A DNA stretch of 64,000 nucleotides from Eledone cirrhosa (GCA_964016885.1 OZ024742.1:66030001-66094000); one strand, 5' to 3'; counted from the first letter of the stretch, positions 44,337 through 58,197 are shown. Notes: generated by a model from the sequence alone, not told the origin. Made by a program: numbers and translations.

Positions 44337-44401
44337 TATTTCATTATACATATTTCAAGGATACCATGTTAAATTATGGTATGCCTTCATCAGACAAAAT
44401 A
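44337..44401 (-). ncRNA. Type-I hammerhead ribozyme (long-arm copy)
   Basis: Exact mirror of 44539-44603. Confidence 0.88.
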
Positions 44402-44538
44402 CAATATATACCAGTTTTATAAATAAACATTGACGTAACCTTTCAAAATGCAACCGTTACTTTTGGATGTCTTCCAAAAGTAACGGTTGCATTTTGAAAG
44501 GGTACGTCAATGTTTATTTATAAAACTGGTATATATTG

Positions 44539-44603
44539 TATTTTGTCTGATGAAGGCATACCATAATTTAACATGGTATCCTTGAAATATGTATAATGAA
44601 ATA
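44539..44603 (+). ncRNA. Type-I hammerhead ribozyme (short-arm copy)
   Basis: TATTTTGT-ctgatga-AGGcATACCAT-aatttaac-ATGGTATCCT-t-gaaat-atgt-ATA-ATGAAATA. Confidence 0.88.
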
Positions 44604-44642
44604 AATATGATTTTATAAATATAGTTTCCATTTATTAATATC

Positions 44643-44686
<44 letters not shown>

Positions 44687-45314
44687 ATATGCTTTTGTAT
44701 AATATACTGGCAAAGGATTCGCTGTCGGTATATTAATCTCAACAACAAAGGGGGAGCACCGGATGCAATATTTCATCGTCCTTATCCATTTTCAGAAAAG
44801 ATTAATCTATTGAGGACTGAGCCAAAGTTAGCTGGTAACTTATTAGAATTTTGCAATTAATACATTTTTGAGATGCACATTTGCAGAGAGTGTGGTACAG
44901 AGGTGCTGGTTATATTTTGCAATAACACTAAGTCAATGTGTTCTAGAATTGAGGCCTATATGGAACTATATAGATATGTACACTTAAAAAAACAACTAAT
45001 TCTTGCATTTGTGATCATGAAACAGGCAACACTGTATGTTTGTATGCCTGTGCACAGGGATCTATATATGCTAATTACGTGAGATAATTAGGGTCTAAAT
45101 TTACACAGCGTTTTCAATCTCGCATAAATTAACATACATATGACCCTATACACGTATAATATATTTTATGTTTTTCTACCAGGACGTAAACATTATCTTT
45201 CTTTCTCACTCTCTCCCCCTCTATCTCTCTTTATTTATATATATATATATGTTTATATATATATATATATGTTACATACATATATATATAGTTACATGCA
45301 CATAAATAATTAAT

Positions 45315-45354
<40 letters not shown>

Positions 45355-46129
45355 ATATATATGTATGTATATATATGTGTGTGTGTGTATATAGATATGT
45401 GCTTGTGTGTGTATGTGTGTTAAGAATATGTTTTCTTGTTATGTTTACGCTATGGCCCACTTTAAATCGAAGATTCTTTATAAGATAACTTTCATACTGA
45501 AAAGTTGTGTTTTTGGTTTTGTTATTACTGTTGTTGTTTGCTGGTCGGTTAGTTATTTATTGTCTTATCACGTGTTCCATTGATCGATGACCTTCTGACA
45601 TCCTTTATATATTTTCTTGCCTTCTCTTCTCTTTTTCACAAACTATTTTCTTTACTGTCTCCTACATCCTTTTTTTTGTTGTACTTTCTTGTAATTGTTG
45701 TTGTTGTTCTTCTTCTTCTTGTACCGCCAATACCACCACCACGACGACGACCACCATCACCACCACCAACACGATCCCCACCCTCGCCACCAGCACGTTC
45801 ATGGGCACAAATACCTAGCTTATATAATTATACGTACATACGTAAACATATGTATATACAACCACACCCATACCATCTCATTATATATAAACCCACACCC
45901 ACACACACCCCCACACACATAAATATGAAATGAGTGGTTTAGTGGTTTTAGCTTTTGAATCACATCATGTGTGGTGAGGGAAGATTTTTATGCATGGGTA
46001 ACTGTCGAATCCCACAAAATCACCTTGCCCGGGCTTGTGTTTTTACCCTTTATATATATGTGTGTGTGTATATATATATATATATTAATTCAAAATATTA
46101 TCAAATAAAGACATTCGTGTGATCAAGAA

Positions 46130-46196
46130 TATTTTATTATACATATTTCAGAGGTACTGAACTATCTTCAACAATACGTCCTCATCAGATAAAATA
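46130..46196 (-). ncRNA. Type-I hammerhead ribozyme
   Basis: TATTTTAT-ctgatga-GGacGTATTG...CAGTACC-tct-gaaat-atgt-ATA-ATAAAATA, with a perfect 8-bp stem I. Confidence 0.82.
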
Positions 46197-46330
46197 AGAT
46201 GATACATGACATATCATGACTAAGTAGATGGGTAAAATTCAGTCATGGCAGTCCCAGGATGATTTTGTATTCGATATACGTATAATAAAATATATGGAAC
46301 TCTTATAACCATCTTTTATTTCATTTTTAT

Positions 46331-46360
<30 letters not shown>

Positions 46361-46361
<1 letters not shown>

Positions 46362-46702
46362 ATAAAGATTAAATAAAAGATGGTTATAAGAGTTCCATAT
46401 ATTTTATTATACGTATATCGAATACAAAATCATCCTGGGACAGATATTATGTTCTCTTCAGAGAAAAAATAAGGTACAATGATATGAGGCATACTACCAC
46501 TTGTTTATAGGAAAGTTCTAAGTCTACATATGATAGAAATATATGTGTTAATACTATAGTAAGAAATAGATAGGAAATAGAAGAAAAGGAAAGAAGAGAA
46601 AAAAGGAAAGATAAAGAGAAGAAAGAAAAAAGAAGAAGAAGAAGAAGAAGAAGAAGAAGAAGAAGAAGAAGAAGAAGAAGAAGAAAAAAGAAGAAGAAGA
46701 AA

Positions 46703-46734
<32 letters not shown>

Positions 46735-47851
46735 CGAGAGAGACTTTTGATCAAGAACGCTGTCAAAATAAAAACACCTGTAAATAACGGTTAAAAAATA
46801 AATTGATGAGTTATATGTGCGAATATTATAGAAGGTATTCAAATATTAGAGGTCTAAATATAGAAACTTGGTATATTATTTTATATTGGGTTTAAATACT
46901 AAAAATTGGATTAAGAAGTGTAAAAATAAATATAATTTTTTTTTTTCTTAAATAAAATAAAAATAGTCTATCTATGGGCAAAATTAATAATTTCTAGTAA
47001 AAGTATATATGTTGGGTATACTATTTAATTTTTATTTTATATCAACAAGTAAATAAAGGAAATTGCTAGAAAGATTTATAAACGTAGAAAAAACGTAGAG
47101 AAAATCTAATTATAATATGACGTCATCATTTGTTTACAAAATCTACGAAGGTTTGAGCGAAAATCTAAGGAAAAGAAGATCAACGGCTTAATATATAATG
47201 AGAAAACAAAAATAATACATCGTAGAATATAATGAAAGATGTGTTAAGATAACAGTGACTCGTGGAATATGTTATAGGATATCAGCTATATACTTTGAGA
47301 AAGGTCTTGTAGGATGATTACAAAGTCCAAATAAATCGGTTCTTCGATTTATTATTGTGTTGAAATTCGAGATAATGGTACATTTTTCAACTAGACATAA
47401 ATTATAAACACTAGATATGGAAGCATTGGAGGATGCGTTGTAGATTTTATGTCAAGAAATTTCGTAATTTATGTTTTTGTCTTTTAAGGACCAAATAAGT
47501 TCTGATAGTCCGGTGCTGGTCGTTTTAAGTGGAGATTTAAATGTAGAAGAATGATTATAGAATCTTGCTTTAAAGGAGGTAGAAGTAGAGTCAATGTAGG
47601 TATAGGATTTGGTACTAGTTACCACTTTACATTCGTATACTAGGTTTTTATCGAGACAGAAATTACTAAGAGGACAATTAGTTCTAATAGGGAAGTTGCA
47701 TTTACGATTAAGATTATTTACAGAGTTATTGGCAAGTGGCCCAGGGTTAATTATATTAGAATCAGGAATGGTGGAATTAACTAAAGGACGTGCTAGAGTT
47801 TCTAGATTTACATTACTATTTGATGCATTCCTCAAAGTTACGTTTGACGTC
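46361..47851 (-). mobile_element. 5'-truncated Penelope-like element (Naiad-like GIY-YIG C-terminus, 3' UTR, pLTR with HHR)
   Basis: KCN..RTNCPLSNFCLDKNLVYECKV..YIDSTSTSFKARFYNH..LSELIWSLK..NLCLVEK..INRRTDLFGLCNH, with an HHR near the 3' end. Confidence 0.88.
46400..46471 (-). ncRNA. Hammerhead motif in PLE 3' pLTR (GAAA mutated to GATA)
   Basis: ctgaaga-GAAcATAAtATC-tgtcccaggat-GATTTTGTaTTC-gatat-acgt-ATA-ATAAAATA; paralogue of 12876-12946. Confidence 0.65.
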
Positions 47852-48294
47852 AAATTTCGTTTCATTCTTTTCCATTTATCGTTTTCGGTATACCCGGCCG
47901 ACTAACTCACTCGATATGCAAATTAGGCTGCTCAGCCGTTAATATATATAAGGAAAGTATATACTTTCAGACGTTCAATCATCTGACAGAAAGGTTTACG
48001 ATGCTGACGATAGCTAATAAGCTTGAAACTAGTACATCGTTCCTGCGCAACGATTGTTGCCGAGTACTGTACGGCGTAATTCGGGTTGTTTGTTTACAAA
48101 CAAACCGGACATTATAAGAAATGTTCGGTAAATCAATACTTACATATATATATGTGTGCATGTATGTATTATATATATATACATACTACTGTGCGTCTGT
48201 ACACATATATGTATGTACGTACACATACTTATATTTAGGTATCAGCCGTACTAAGAGGGAGAAATGAAATTTCGTTTCATTCTTTTCCATTTAT
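47852..48294 (+). mobile_element. Retrozyme-like solo pLTR: 415-nt monomer plus 28-bp terminal direct repeat
   Basis: 47852-47879 equals 48267-48294. A second copy is inverted at 59601-60016. Internal HHR. Confidence 0.86.
47998..48040 (+). ncRNA. Canonical minimal type-I hammerhead ribozyme
   Basis: ACGATG-ctgacga-tAGCTaataAGCTt-gaaac-ta-GTA-CATCGT. Confidence 0.92.
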
Positions 48295-48709
48295 ATATAT
48301 ATATATATAGGGGGGGGGTCATTGTCTTAGATTGGTGTCAAGCATACTAAATTATCTAATATTGGTGAGACGAGTTCAGATCCAGAGAAACAAAAATAGC
48401 AAGTTTACATACATAAATATGGTTGTTATTTCGATTCGAGCCTTATGCAGAAAGATACAGGAAAGGTAATACATTTATGTAATTTTTTTAATGTTGCTAT
48501 ATTAAAAACTGCTCCCGCATATTCACGTGTCGGATGTATTCTATACTACATCCACGTATCCTTTTGTGTTGGGCTTCTGAAACTGCACCAGTTCATTTCT
48601 CTTTATCTGACTACAAAGATTGTGTATATACAGACAATGTCTTTACATGTTATAGGTTATAGATACTGTTGACTAATACTATACACATGTGCAGTACTTG
48701 AGTGGCGTA

Positions 48710-49656
<947 letters not shown>

Positions 49657-49663
49657 CATATAT

Positions 49664-49738
49664 ACAGGTTGTCCTCACAAAATATATACACATATTTTTT
49701 AGAATGCTGTTGAAGTGTGTATACATCTTTTTGGAGCC

Positions 49739-49743
<5 letters not shown>
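49664..49743. mobile_element. Miniature Tc1/mariner-type TIR remnant
   Basis: TA-CAGGTTGTCC..AAAATATATACAC / GTGTATACATCTTTTTGGAGCCCTG-TA form imperfect TIRs. Confidence 0.5.
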
Positions 49744-49784
<41 letters not shown>

Positions 49785-49785
<1 letters not shown>

Positions 49786-50650
49786 GGAAAACGAAGAATC
49801 AGTGATGCATCGAAACACAGTTTATTACGTATTACAATTGTTTCTATGTCGAACAGTTCGAGGTGCGATCTGTTTGTTGATCGAACCTGACTCTGGATTC
49901 GCAAGTTCTTCACATACGTCTAGTGATTTCGAAGCAAATCCTCTTTCTGTGGGCTCCGATCCTTGGAATTTCTATTATCTGCCATCATCCTGTTTGCGCG
50001 GCCCGATTGAACAGCATGTGCACTTCTACGTGGTATTAATCCTACAACGTTTCTTATGTCTTATTCTTTTCCTACTCTACATTGACAGAAGGTTTAATCA
50101 GTAATCTAATGATCCGTTCATACCTTTTCTATTAGGCTCAAATATTTCCACTACATATTTTTGTGCTAATGTCTTATTTGTATCAAAGTTCAAACTCTAA
50201 ACATATATACGTGACCATAGGATTAGGGGTCCCATTTGCGCTACCGCTATATAGTGGATTGGCCGTTCTAAAACTGGCCTCTCCCGTCAGCGTCAAGACT
50301 GGACCATGAAATCTAAGATCGCGCATACATACTAGGTGTATGAACTTTGATATAAAGTATATATATTTAATTAGTGGCAGCACTAGACAGTGTTTAAGCA
50401 TAATAGAGTTGGTCATATACACATTTGTTATGATTAAACACTGTCTGAGTGCTGTCACCAAGCTTCCACTATATACAAATTACCACTTCCAGCAGATACT
50501 TTCTATTTCCTACATGCAAGTGAACATCTCCAGCAAGATTCTATATAAACTATTGTCTATTTTATGACAGTATGTTCTAAGTGTCACCGATGAAAGTTTA
50601 ACAAATCCTCAAAAAACGTTGTCTAACATTCTCAGAATATATTGGCAACT
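49785..50650 (-). mobile_element. Highly decayed PLE remnant with 3' HHR
   Basis: LYSGSANGTPNPMVTYICL resembles the PLE RT motif GxAMGT..AptYAnL. An HHR lies at the 3' end next to TA. Confidence 0.5.
49827..49919 (-). ncRNA. Hammerhead motif with long stem II (core GTGAAGA)
   Basis: ACGTAT-gtgaaga-...GTTCGA..GATC/GATC..TCGAAC...-gaaac-aatt-GTA-ATACGT. Confidence 0.68.
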
Positions 50651-50719
50651 CTATGAAATATTCATAGAGGAAAATTGAGAACGATAACATTATTTTCGTT
50701 TCGTTACTTATAAAGTACG

Positions 50720-50752
<33 letters not shown>

Positions 50753-50815
50753 TATATATATATATATGGATGATTAAGACATCTTGTTATTGTATGTATA
50801 AATATATATATATAT

Positions 50816-50995
50816 AACAAAGGAATTGTGGTAAAGAACCAGATGGACAATAATGCACCAGAGTACTCAATACTTAGGGTAGTAGAGTGGGAAATAGGAA
50901 AAAGTATGACCCCGACGGCAGAGCTCAAGCCGTTTCCACGGCTAATTCCGTCGAAACGGCTTGAGCTCTGCCGTCGGGGTCATACTTTTTCCTAT
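50816..50995 (-). repeat. Family F fold-back insert
   Basis: Perfect arms 50894-50936/50953-50995. TA-flanked. Confidence 0.9.
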
Positions 50996-51000
50996 ATATA

Positions 51001-51239
51001 TTAGAAAGTGAGATTTTTGTTTACAAAATGAAAAAAAAACGAGGTGTCCTACAAGAATGAAAGTAGAAGGAAAAAAGATGGAATCGAAAATGCAACTGGA
51101 GTCTTTTTAAAAAAAAAATATTTATTTGGTTCCTTTACCGGTTTCGCAGTTCTTCTGCTTTTCAAAAGTAGAATTGAGATGGAGGGTTTGTGGTTTTTCT
51201 CACATCGGTGAAAGAAAAACCACCGATTTCATCTTTTTT

Positions 51240-51244
<5 letters not shown>
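51001..51244 (-). repeat. Fold-back insert with degenerate HHR at 51130-51173
   Basis: TTCTACTT-ttgaaaa-GCAGaagaaCTGC-gaaac-cg-GTA-AAGGAA on the minus strand; short inverted arm at 51224-51244. Confidence 0.78.
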
Positions 51245-51318
<74 letters not shown>

Positions 51319-51323
<5 letters not shown>

Positions 51324-51589
51324 AGAAATGTAAGTTATCGCCGTATTTTGACTAAAGAAATTAAAGAAATTATTTAGCCTGATAGTGGGGTTAAGAACCC
51401 TCGGAGAAATGGAAAAATATGAGTATTGACGTCCCATGTACGTCAATACTCATGTTTTTCCATTTCTTCGAGGGTTCTTAACCCCACTATCAGGCTAAAT
51501 AATTTCTTTAATTTCTTTAGTCAAAATACGGCGATAACTTACATTTCTAATAATTTCAAACCCACTCGCTGTTTCGAAAATATTCTTAC

Positions 51590-51590
<1 letters not shown>
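51319..51590 (+). repeat. Fold-back insert (8806 family), 114-bp arms
   Basis: 51319-51432 is the reverse complement of 51440-51553. Confidence 0.9.
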
Positions 51591-51624
<34 letters not shown>

Positions 51625-51811
51625 ATTATATTTCTAATTCTATGTATGAATATACATGTATATATATGTGTGTATGTAAGTTGTGTGTGTATGTATGTAT
51701 ATGTCTATGTGTGTATGTATATATATATATATATATGTATATCGATGTACGTATATGTATGTACATGTATGTCTATGTATGTATGTATGTATGTGTATGT
51801 ATATTTAGGTG

Positions 51812-51868
<57 letters not shown>

Positions 51869-52108
51869 ATATATATGTGTATATATCTTTATTATTTATT
51901 TTTTATATATATGTGTATGTGTGTATGTGTTGCGTGTGTGTGTGTGTGTGTATATATATCTTTATATATATGTATGTGTATGTTCGTGTAGATGTATGTG
52001 TGTGTATGACTTTATATGTATGTGTGTATGTATGTATGCGTATATATTTCTATGTGTGTGTACATGTATGTATGTGTATATATCTGTATGTGTATGTATG
52101 TGTATTTG

Positions 52109-52152
<44 letters not shown>

Positions 52153-52798
52153 TATATGTTATATATATATATATATATGTATATGTATGTGTGTGTGTAT
52201 GTATATATATATATATATATATATATCTATATGTTTTTCTATTTGTATATGTATGTGTGTATAGGTATATACCTTTCTCTTTGTATTTCTATGTTGTGTG
52301 ATAGTGTAGTGGTGTTTGTATGGATATACCGATATATAGATGCGTAAGTATTTGTCTGTATGTATATATGTAAATCTGTATATATTTGTGTGTATATATA
52401 GCTATGTATGTGTGTATCTGTATGTATATTAGTATGTAAGTGTTGTATATTTGCATGTATGTGTGTGGTTATATATATCTGTGTCTGTATAGTATGTGTG
52501 ATTATATGTATATGTGTGTGTATATGTACGTGTATATACATATATATGTATATATATGTGTATATATATATATATATATGTGTGTATATATATATGTATG
52601 TGTATTTGTATGTATATGTGTATATGTATGTATGTGTGTATATCTATATATTTATATATGTGTGTGTTGTATGTATGTTCTTAGTGTGGACGTGTGTATA
52701 TGTATGTATGTATTTATATATGTGTGTATATTTATGTATGGATGTGTGAGTGTCTATGTGTGTATATATATGTATGTTTTTTTATATATATATATATA

Positions 52799-52845
<47 letters not shown>

Positions 52846-52870
52846 ATATATGTATATATATGTATATTTA
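51591..52870. repeat. Degenerate (TA/TG)n low-complexity tract
   Basis: Directly visible. Confidence 0.9.
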
Positions 52871-53530
52871 TTTTCTTGATATATTTCTTTTTTCTTTTTT
52901 CTTTTTTCTTTTTTCTGTTTTTCTTTCTATTCTTTCCTCCTTAATGTTTTATTTATTATGTTTTATTTGTTTTATTTTTCTTAGTTTATAGATACATTTA
53001 TATTAGGCAGTCTGTTCAGACCGTTGAATACTGACCCCTCCCCCCCCCCTCCCACCTAATTTCTGTATCTTGATCTGAAAATGTGTATGCCAGTGTTTTA
53101 TGTGAGTGAATTAATATCCATGTGCTTATGATTTTATATCCACATATATAAATGTGAGTGGTGGTGTGTGTGTGTTTGTATGTTCGTGGTTATGTGTATA
53201 TTTATGCATATACGCGCGTGTATGTGTGATTGTACGGATATGTGTGAGTATGAAAAAATATATTTATATACTTAACTTCATAAGTGTCAATACGCATCTT
53301 TTTTGTGCATTATAAACTCACAGAGACATTAACCTTGAAATTTTGTATTTGCATCCATCCTTTTAGTATGCGTATACAAATTATACATACATTTTTGTAA
53401 AATATGTGTAAGGGTTTTACATGTATATACACACACCGAACTGCATTTAACCCTTTGTGTTTTCATTGGTCAATTTTTGTTCCCAAACGGACCTGAAATT
53501 TTGAATTGTTGTTATTATCAATAAATATAC

Positions 53531-53685
53531 TTCATTATTTCTGAAGACGGCGTATATATGTGTTTGGTATGTATATTTAATCTTGATAATTTGTATAATT
53601 TTGTATAATTTTGTACATAGATCTGTTGAATATGCATACCAATTCTAACACATATATATCCTAGAAACGATCGTTAAATAATGAA
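53531..53685 (+). ncRNA. Type-I hammerhead ribozyme with about 115-nt stem II
   Basis: TTCATTATTT-ctgaaga-[GG..TATATATGTGTT-TGGTATG...CATACCA..AACACATATATA..CC]-gaaac-gatc-GTT-AAATAATGAA. Confidence 0.88.
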
Positions 53686-53870
53686 CTTTTTTTGTTTAAT
53701 ATAAGGAATTGTTTATTCATTATTTGTTTAATATTTTATCTTGACTCTGTATACCGTTTATCTTTCACCGAAAGTGGTTTTTCATTACATCTCTTCTTTC
53801 CATGATATCCGGAATACATTGAGTTCTTCATACGGATTGGACACTACCGTAAACTCTTGGTAGATTTATC

Positions 53871-53977
<107 letters not shown>

Positions 53978-54118
53978 CAATAACAAGATATCTTAATTAT
54001 CCAGTATTTTTCTCTAGAAGGTCAGAGGATGGTAAAGTGCATCGACCTTATCTCATCATACCAAAGAAAATAGTGAAATACCTCTATGACCTCTTATAAC
54101 ACACACACACACACACAC

Positions 54119-54233
<115 letters not shown>

Positions 54234-55789
54234 CATATGTGTATATGTGTGTTATAAACCACCACTACTACCTCCCTTGCCTCCAGTGTCTTCTGTTGTG
54301 GCTCATGTGTCTTTTATGTCAATGTTATTGCTCCAGCAGTTTATTGTTAGATATTTTTTTTAAAATCTCCTTCAATCAATGGAAACACCAGAATAGTGAC
54401 AAAATAGTTATTGTTGTTTTTTCTTAATGTTGTTACTATTGTTACTGTTATTATTTTCAGCTAAAATACATTGACAACTACTCCAGTTGTTTTTCTTATT
54501 CTTATCACTGTCGGAATGTCACACTTAGTATTATTGTTTTTTTTTTCTTCCTGTTGATCTTATCACCTTTGATTTGATGTTGATGTTGTTGCAGTTGTTA
54601 TTGTTGTGCTTGTCGCTATAGATATATTATTGTTACTGTTATTACTGTTGTTGTGCCTACTGATGTTGATGTTATTAATCTTTCCTATGTTGCTATAAAT
54701 ATTTAAGTTATTCTTGTTCTTGTCGATGTTGCAGTTGTTGTTCTTATCGTCATACTTTTTATTTACGTCGTTGGTTGTATTATCAATATTGTTGGTGTTA
54801 TTGTTGTTGATGTGTTGATGCCGTTGTTATCCTCGATTCTGTTTCAGTATTTACTCTCTCCTCAATCGATTTCAGTGCTGTTGTTTTTTAAAATGTTGTT
54901 ATTGCTGATGTCACCGTCGATGTGTTGTTATTGATATTGTCGCTGTTGCTATGTCTACTACTCTGTTGATATGTTTGTTGTTGTCGTTGCATTATTGACA
55001 CAGACCAACCTACCACTGCACACAGTCAATATAAACACAGCAGAAATAGTATGACAGATAAGTTAGTTGGTTCACACCTCAGTCTTGCAGGATAAAATAT
55101 GTGTCAAATGTAACTGACCTAATTTGGTTCCAAGATCGAAGACCACGTGGTGCTGCTGCACTATATATAAATTCGATATACCTCTTAATGTAGCTTATGT
55201 ACTTTAAGCAAAAAAGCCAGACATACCAAAACAAATGAGGGGAAAACACACATTTTTTGTAATAGAGAATCGAAACCAGATCACCGACTTAGTTCACCTA
55301 GTTCACGGAATAGAGGTTTCAGCATTAGGGGAGAAGTTAGTAGATTATATTGATACAAGTCCTTCACTACTAATTTTATTTTAACGACCCCTATAAAACG
55401 AAAAAAAGAAAATTTACTTCTGACAGGATTTCCTGTCTGTAAGAAGACAGAACTACATATCACAAAGTGTTTTATCTGACGGTCTACCAACTAACTTAAT
55501 TCATAGGCTTGATAAAATTAATGCCAATTTTTAACGTAGGTTAACATTCTGGAGAAGGGCACAATCCAATAAATCAATCTCGATATTTGACTGCGTATCA
55601 ACCCTAGAAGGATAGGAGTGAAATATCAACCGTCAACGTAAAGGTACGCGAGAAATGCTATTGATTTCTGATATGCGTACATAGAGTATACAGTAGATTG
55701 AAGTGAGACTAATAAATTCTTAGTGCGTTATTTATTTGAAAGCGGAATGATAAAATCCAGCGTTGATCACGGCGAGACATGAACTTACA

Positions 55790-56370
55790 TTTCCATTGCA
55801 TCTGACACCTTGACAGTGATCTCATCAAGGTATGCTAACACCAACTTTATCTCAAATCAAGGTGGATTGCGCTCAACATCTCCAGCTTTCACAGCTGAAG
55901 TTTGAACGCCAAGATTTCAAGAGACGAGATATGGATATCCACATTACGAAACGTCTCCTATAGGTGATCGTTTAGTTTCATCATACAGATAATACTGTAC
56001 ATTGAATAGATCCAGCTTCTCAAAATGCGAACGAAACCGACATACTGAAGGCAGGTACCTGTCCCTATGATTGACACAGACTCATCTCAATTAATTAAAA
56101 AACCAAAGAATCCAGATCTATAGCTGTATCGCTCTTTAACGTATCGCCTGATGTGACGTTTGTCGTGGATAGATGACAAGGTAACCACAGTTGTATGCGT
56201 CTCTGACTATACAAATATCGATAGGTACCAACCTGTTAGCAACTACATTTTCCGAAATGTTCAACTCTGTGTATATTAAGGCTATAGGTCAAACGTTAGG
56301 AAGTATGCCCATCTTCTTTGAGTTCTTCCTCAGCAGCAATATAACAGCGTGGGCTGCAAAACTGAGAATG
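55790..56370 (-). pseudogene. Ancient remnant of a Tx1/L1-like RT related to 1-2470
   Basis: AVILLLRKNSKK..PIALIYTELNISENVVANRL, SIHDKRHIRRYVKER and AYLDEITVKVS align in order with the motifs at 1300-2000. Confidence 0.7.
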
Positions 56371-56626
56371 CTCTTCCACTGCTGCTTGTTTCAGTAGACA
56401 GCGGGCAGGCCATAGACACTAAATCCTCATCAAATCACACCTCACCATCGTAAAATAAGGATATAAGATATATAGGTCAATACTGGACTTGGTTCACTTT
56501 GTCAAAGAAAACCTCAGGATCATAATAGTTGGAAGGCCTTTGATCCAACATAAGTCTGTTTAATGTGGGTCGATTTCTGAGTAAAAAACAACACCAAATA
56601 TGTGCGCTCGCATACAGACACGCACG

Positions 56627-56739
<113 letters not shown>

Positions 56740-56802
56740 GTTCGTGTGCATATGTATTAAATCATGTACTAGGCAATGTACTGTGCATATTTTCATGTCC
56801 AT

Positions 56803-56998
56803 AATAATTGTTTCTACTTTTGGCACAAGGCCAGCAATTACCCAGTGTATTACTGGTACTTTATTTTATCGACCCCCATAAGGATGAAAGGCAAAGTTAA
56901 CCTCGGTGGGATTTGAGACACAGACTGGAAAGGGCCGTAACTCTATGCGTCAAAGAATGGCGTCCGACCCTCTACCGATACTGCCAATCCATCGCCCT
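56803..56998 (-). mobile_element. Meta-domain tRNA SINE
   Basis: Family match. Confidence 0.82.
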
Positions 56999-57847
56999 TG
57001 TTCATAATAGTGTGAATGTTTTAATTGTGTTTTGTAGACAATACTGTTTTTACATACGTAAAGTGGGAAAAAGTAATTTGCCAATTTTATTCTCATTCAG
57101 TTTAAACGTTTCTTGTTATTGAAGCTGAAAATGGACAAAAGAGTGATTCAATTATGTGTTGACTTTAACGACATTATGTTAGAACAAGTGAGAACAAGCA
57201 GCTTCTCCAGCTGTTGGGTGCCGTGCAAAAGGAAATAATAGCGAATATGTTTATTTGAGTACAAGCTCTGATTAGTCCATATAAAACTAAAATATTACCT
57301 GATGCAATGTAGGAATCGTTGTACATTTAAAAGCAAAGGTGAAAGGGGGGAAGGGAACTTCGTAGTAAATATGACAATAACTACTTTACCTACCTTCCTC
57401 AACAGACTAGTAAACACAATTTTTGTCACACGTCTTTTTCATCTGTTGAACCTGACAGTGCACGTTGTTTGATTAACGGAACACCCTGCTCGTTAACGGG
57501 TAAGAGGCTGACCATTGCGAATATGTATTTGTATTTAACGCAATTCTCAGCGACCAGGCTCTGTATTTGAAATACAGGCACAACTCATTTTTAATTTTTC
57601 AGTGGTCGCGAACAGTATGAAAGAAAATAACTACTTCAAGAACTCAACATGCCACCGGGAATTGAAATCATGTCTTTTCATTCGTGAGACAATCGGTATT
57701 TATTACAACTGTGAAAACAATGGTGCTTCTGTTTAGCTGGGAATTTTGTCACATATTCCAAGGGTTTTGAGGCGATATTACTGTATATTTTCGTTAAAAA
57801 AGAAGCCTTCCTAGCAAAATACATTTAGAATTTTGGCAACTGGGAAA

Positions 57848-57985
57848 ACTTTATTTCTTATCGAACCCGTAAGAATGAAAGGCAAAGTTAACCGTAGCGG
57901 GATTTGAAATAAGGTCATAAAGGGCCGTAACTCTTTGCTACAAAGCATGGCGTCCGACATTCTACCTATACTGCCAATTCACCTA
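57848..57985 (-). mobile_element. Meta-domain tRNA SINE (partial)
   Basis: Family match over the head and Meta domain. Confidence 0.7.
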
Positions 57986-58006
57986 CCTCACTTAAAATAG
58001 TGATTT

Positions 58007-58197
<191 letters not shown>

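Larger units (their letters stand above)
44206..44648 (-). mobile_element. Young fold-back pLTR insert: 176-bp arms, 5-nt loop, HHR in both arms
   Basis: 44292-44467 is the reverse complement of 44473-44648 with 2 mismatches. The long arm extends to 44206. TA-flanked. Confidence 0.92.

Noticed and set aside
47452-47454. In-frame TGA in the Naiad-like GIY-YIG as possible selenocysteine
   Set aside because: It falls at a position normally Trp (I-x-W-x-I), so it is a simple TGG-to-TGA change. I could not see a convincing SECIS element.
51379-51412. CTGATAG...GAAA as a hammerhead in the 8806/51319 family
   Set aside because: It lies on the antisense strand relative to the tail, and has no stem I or nUH site.
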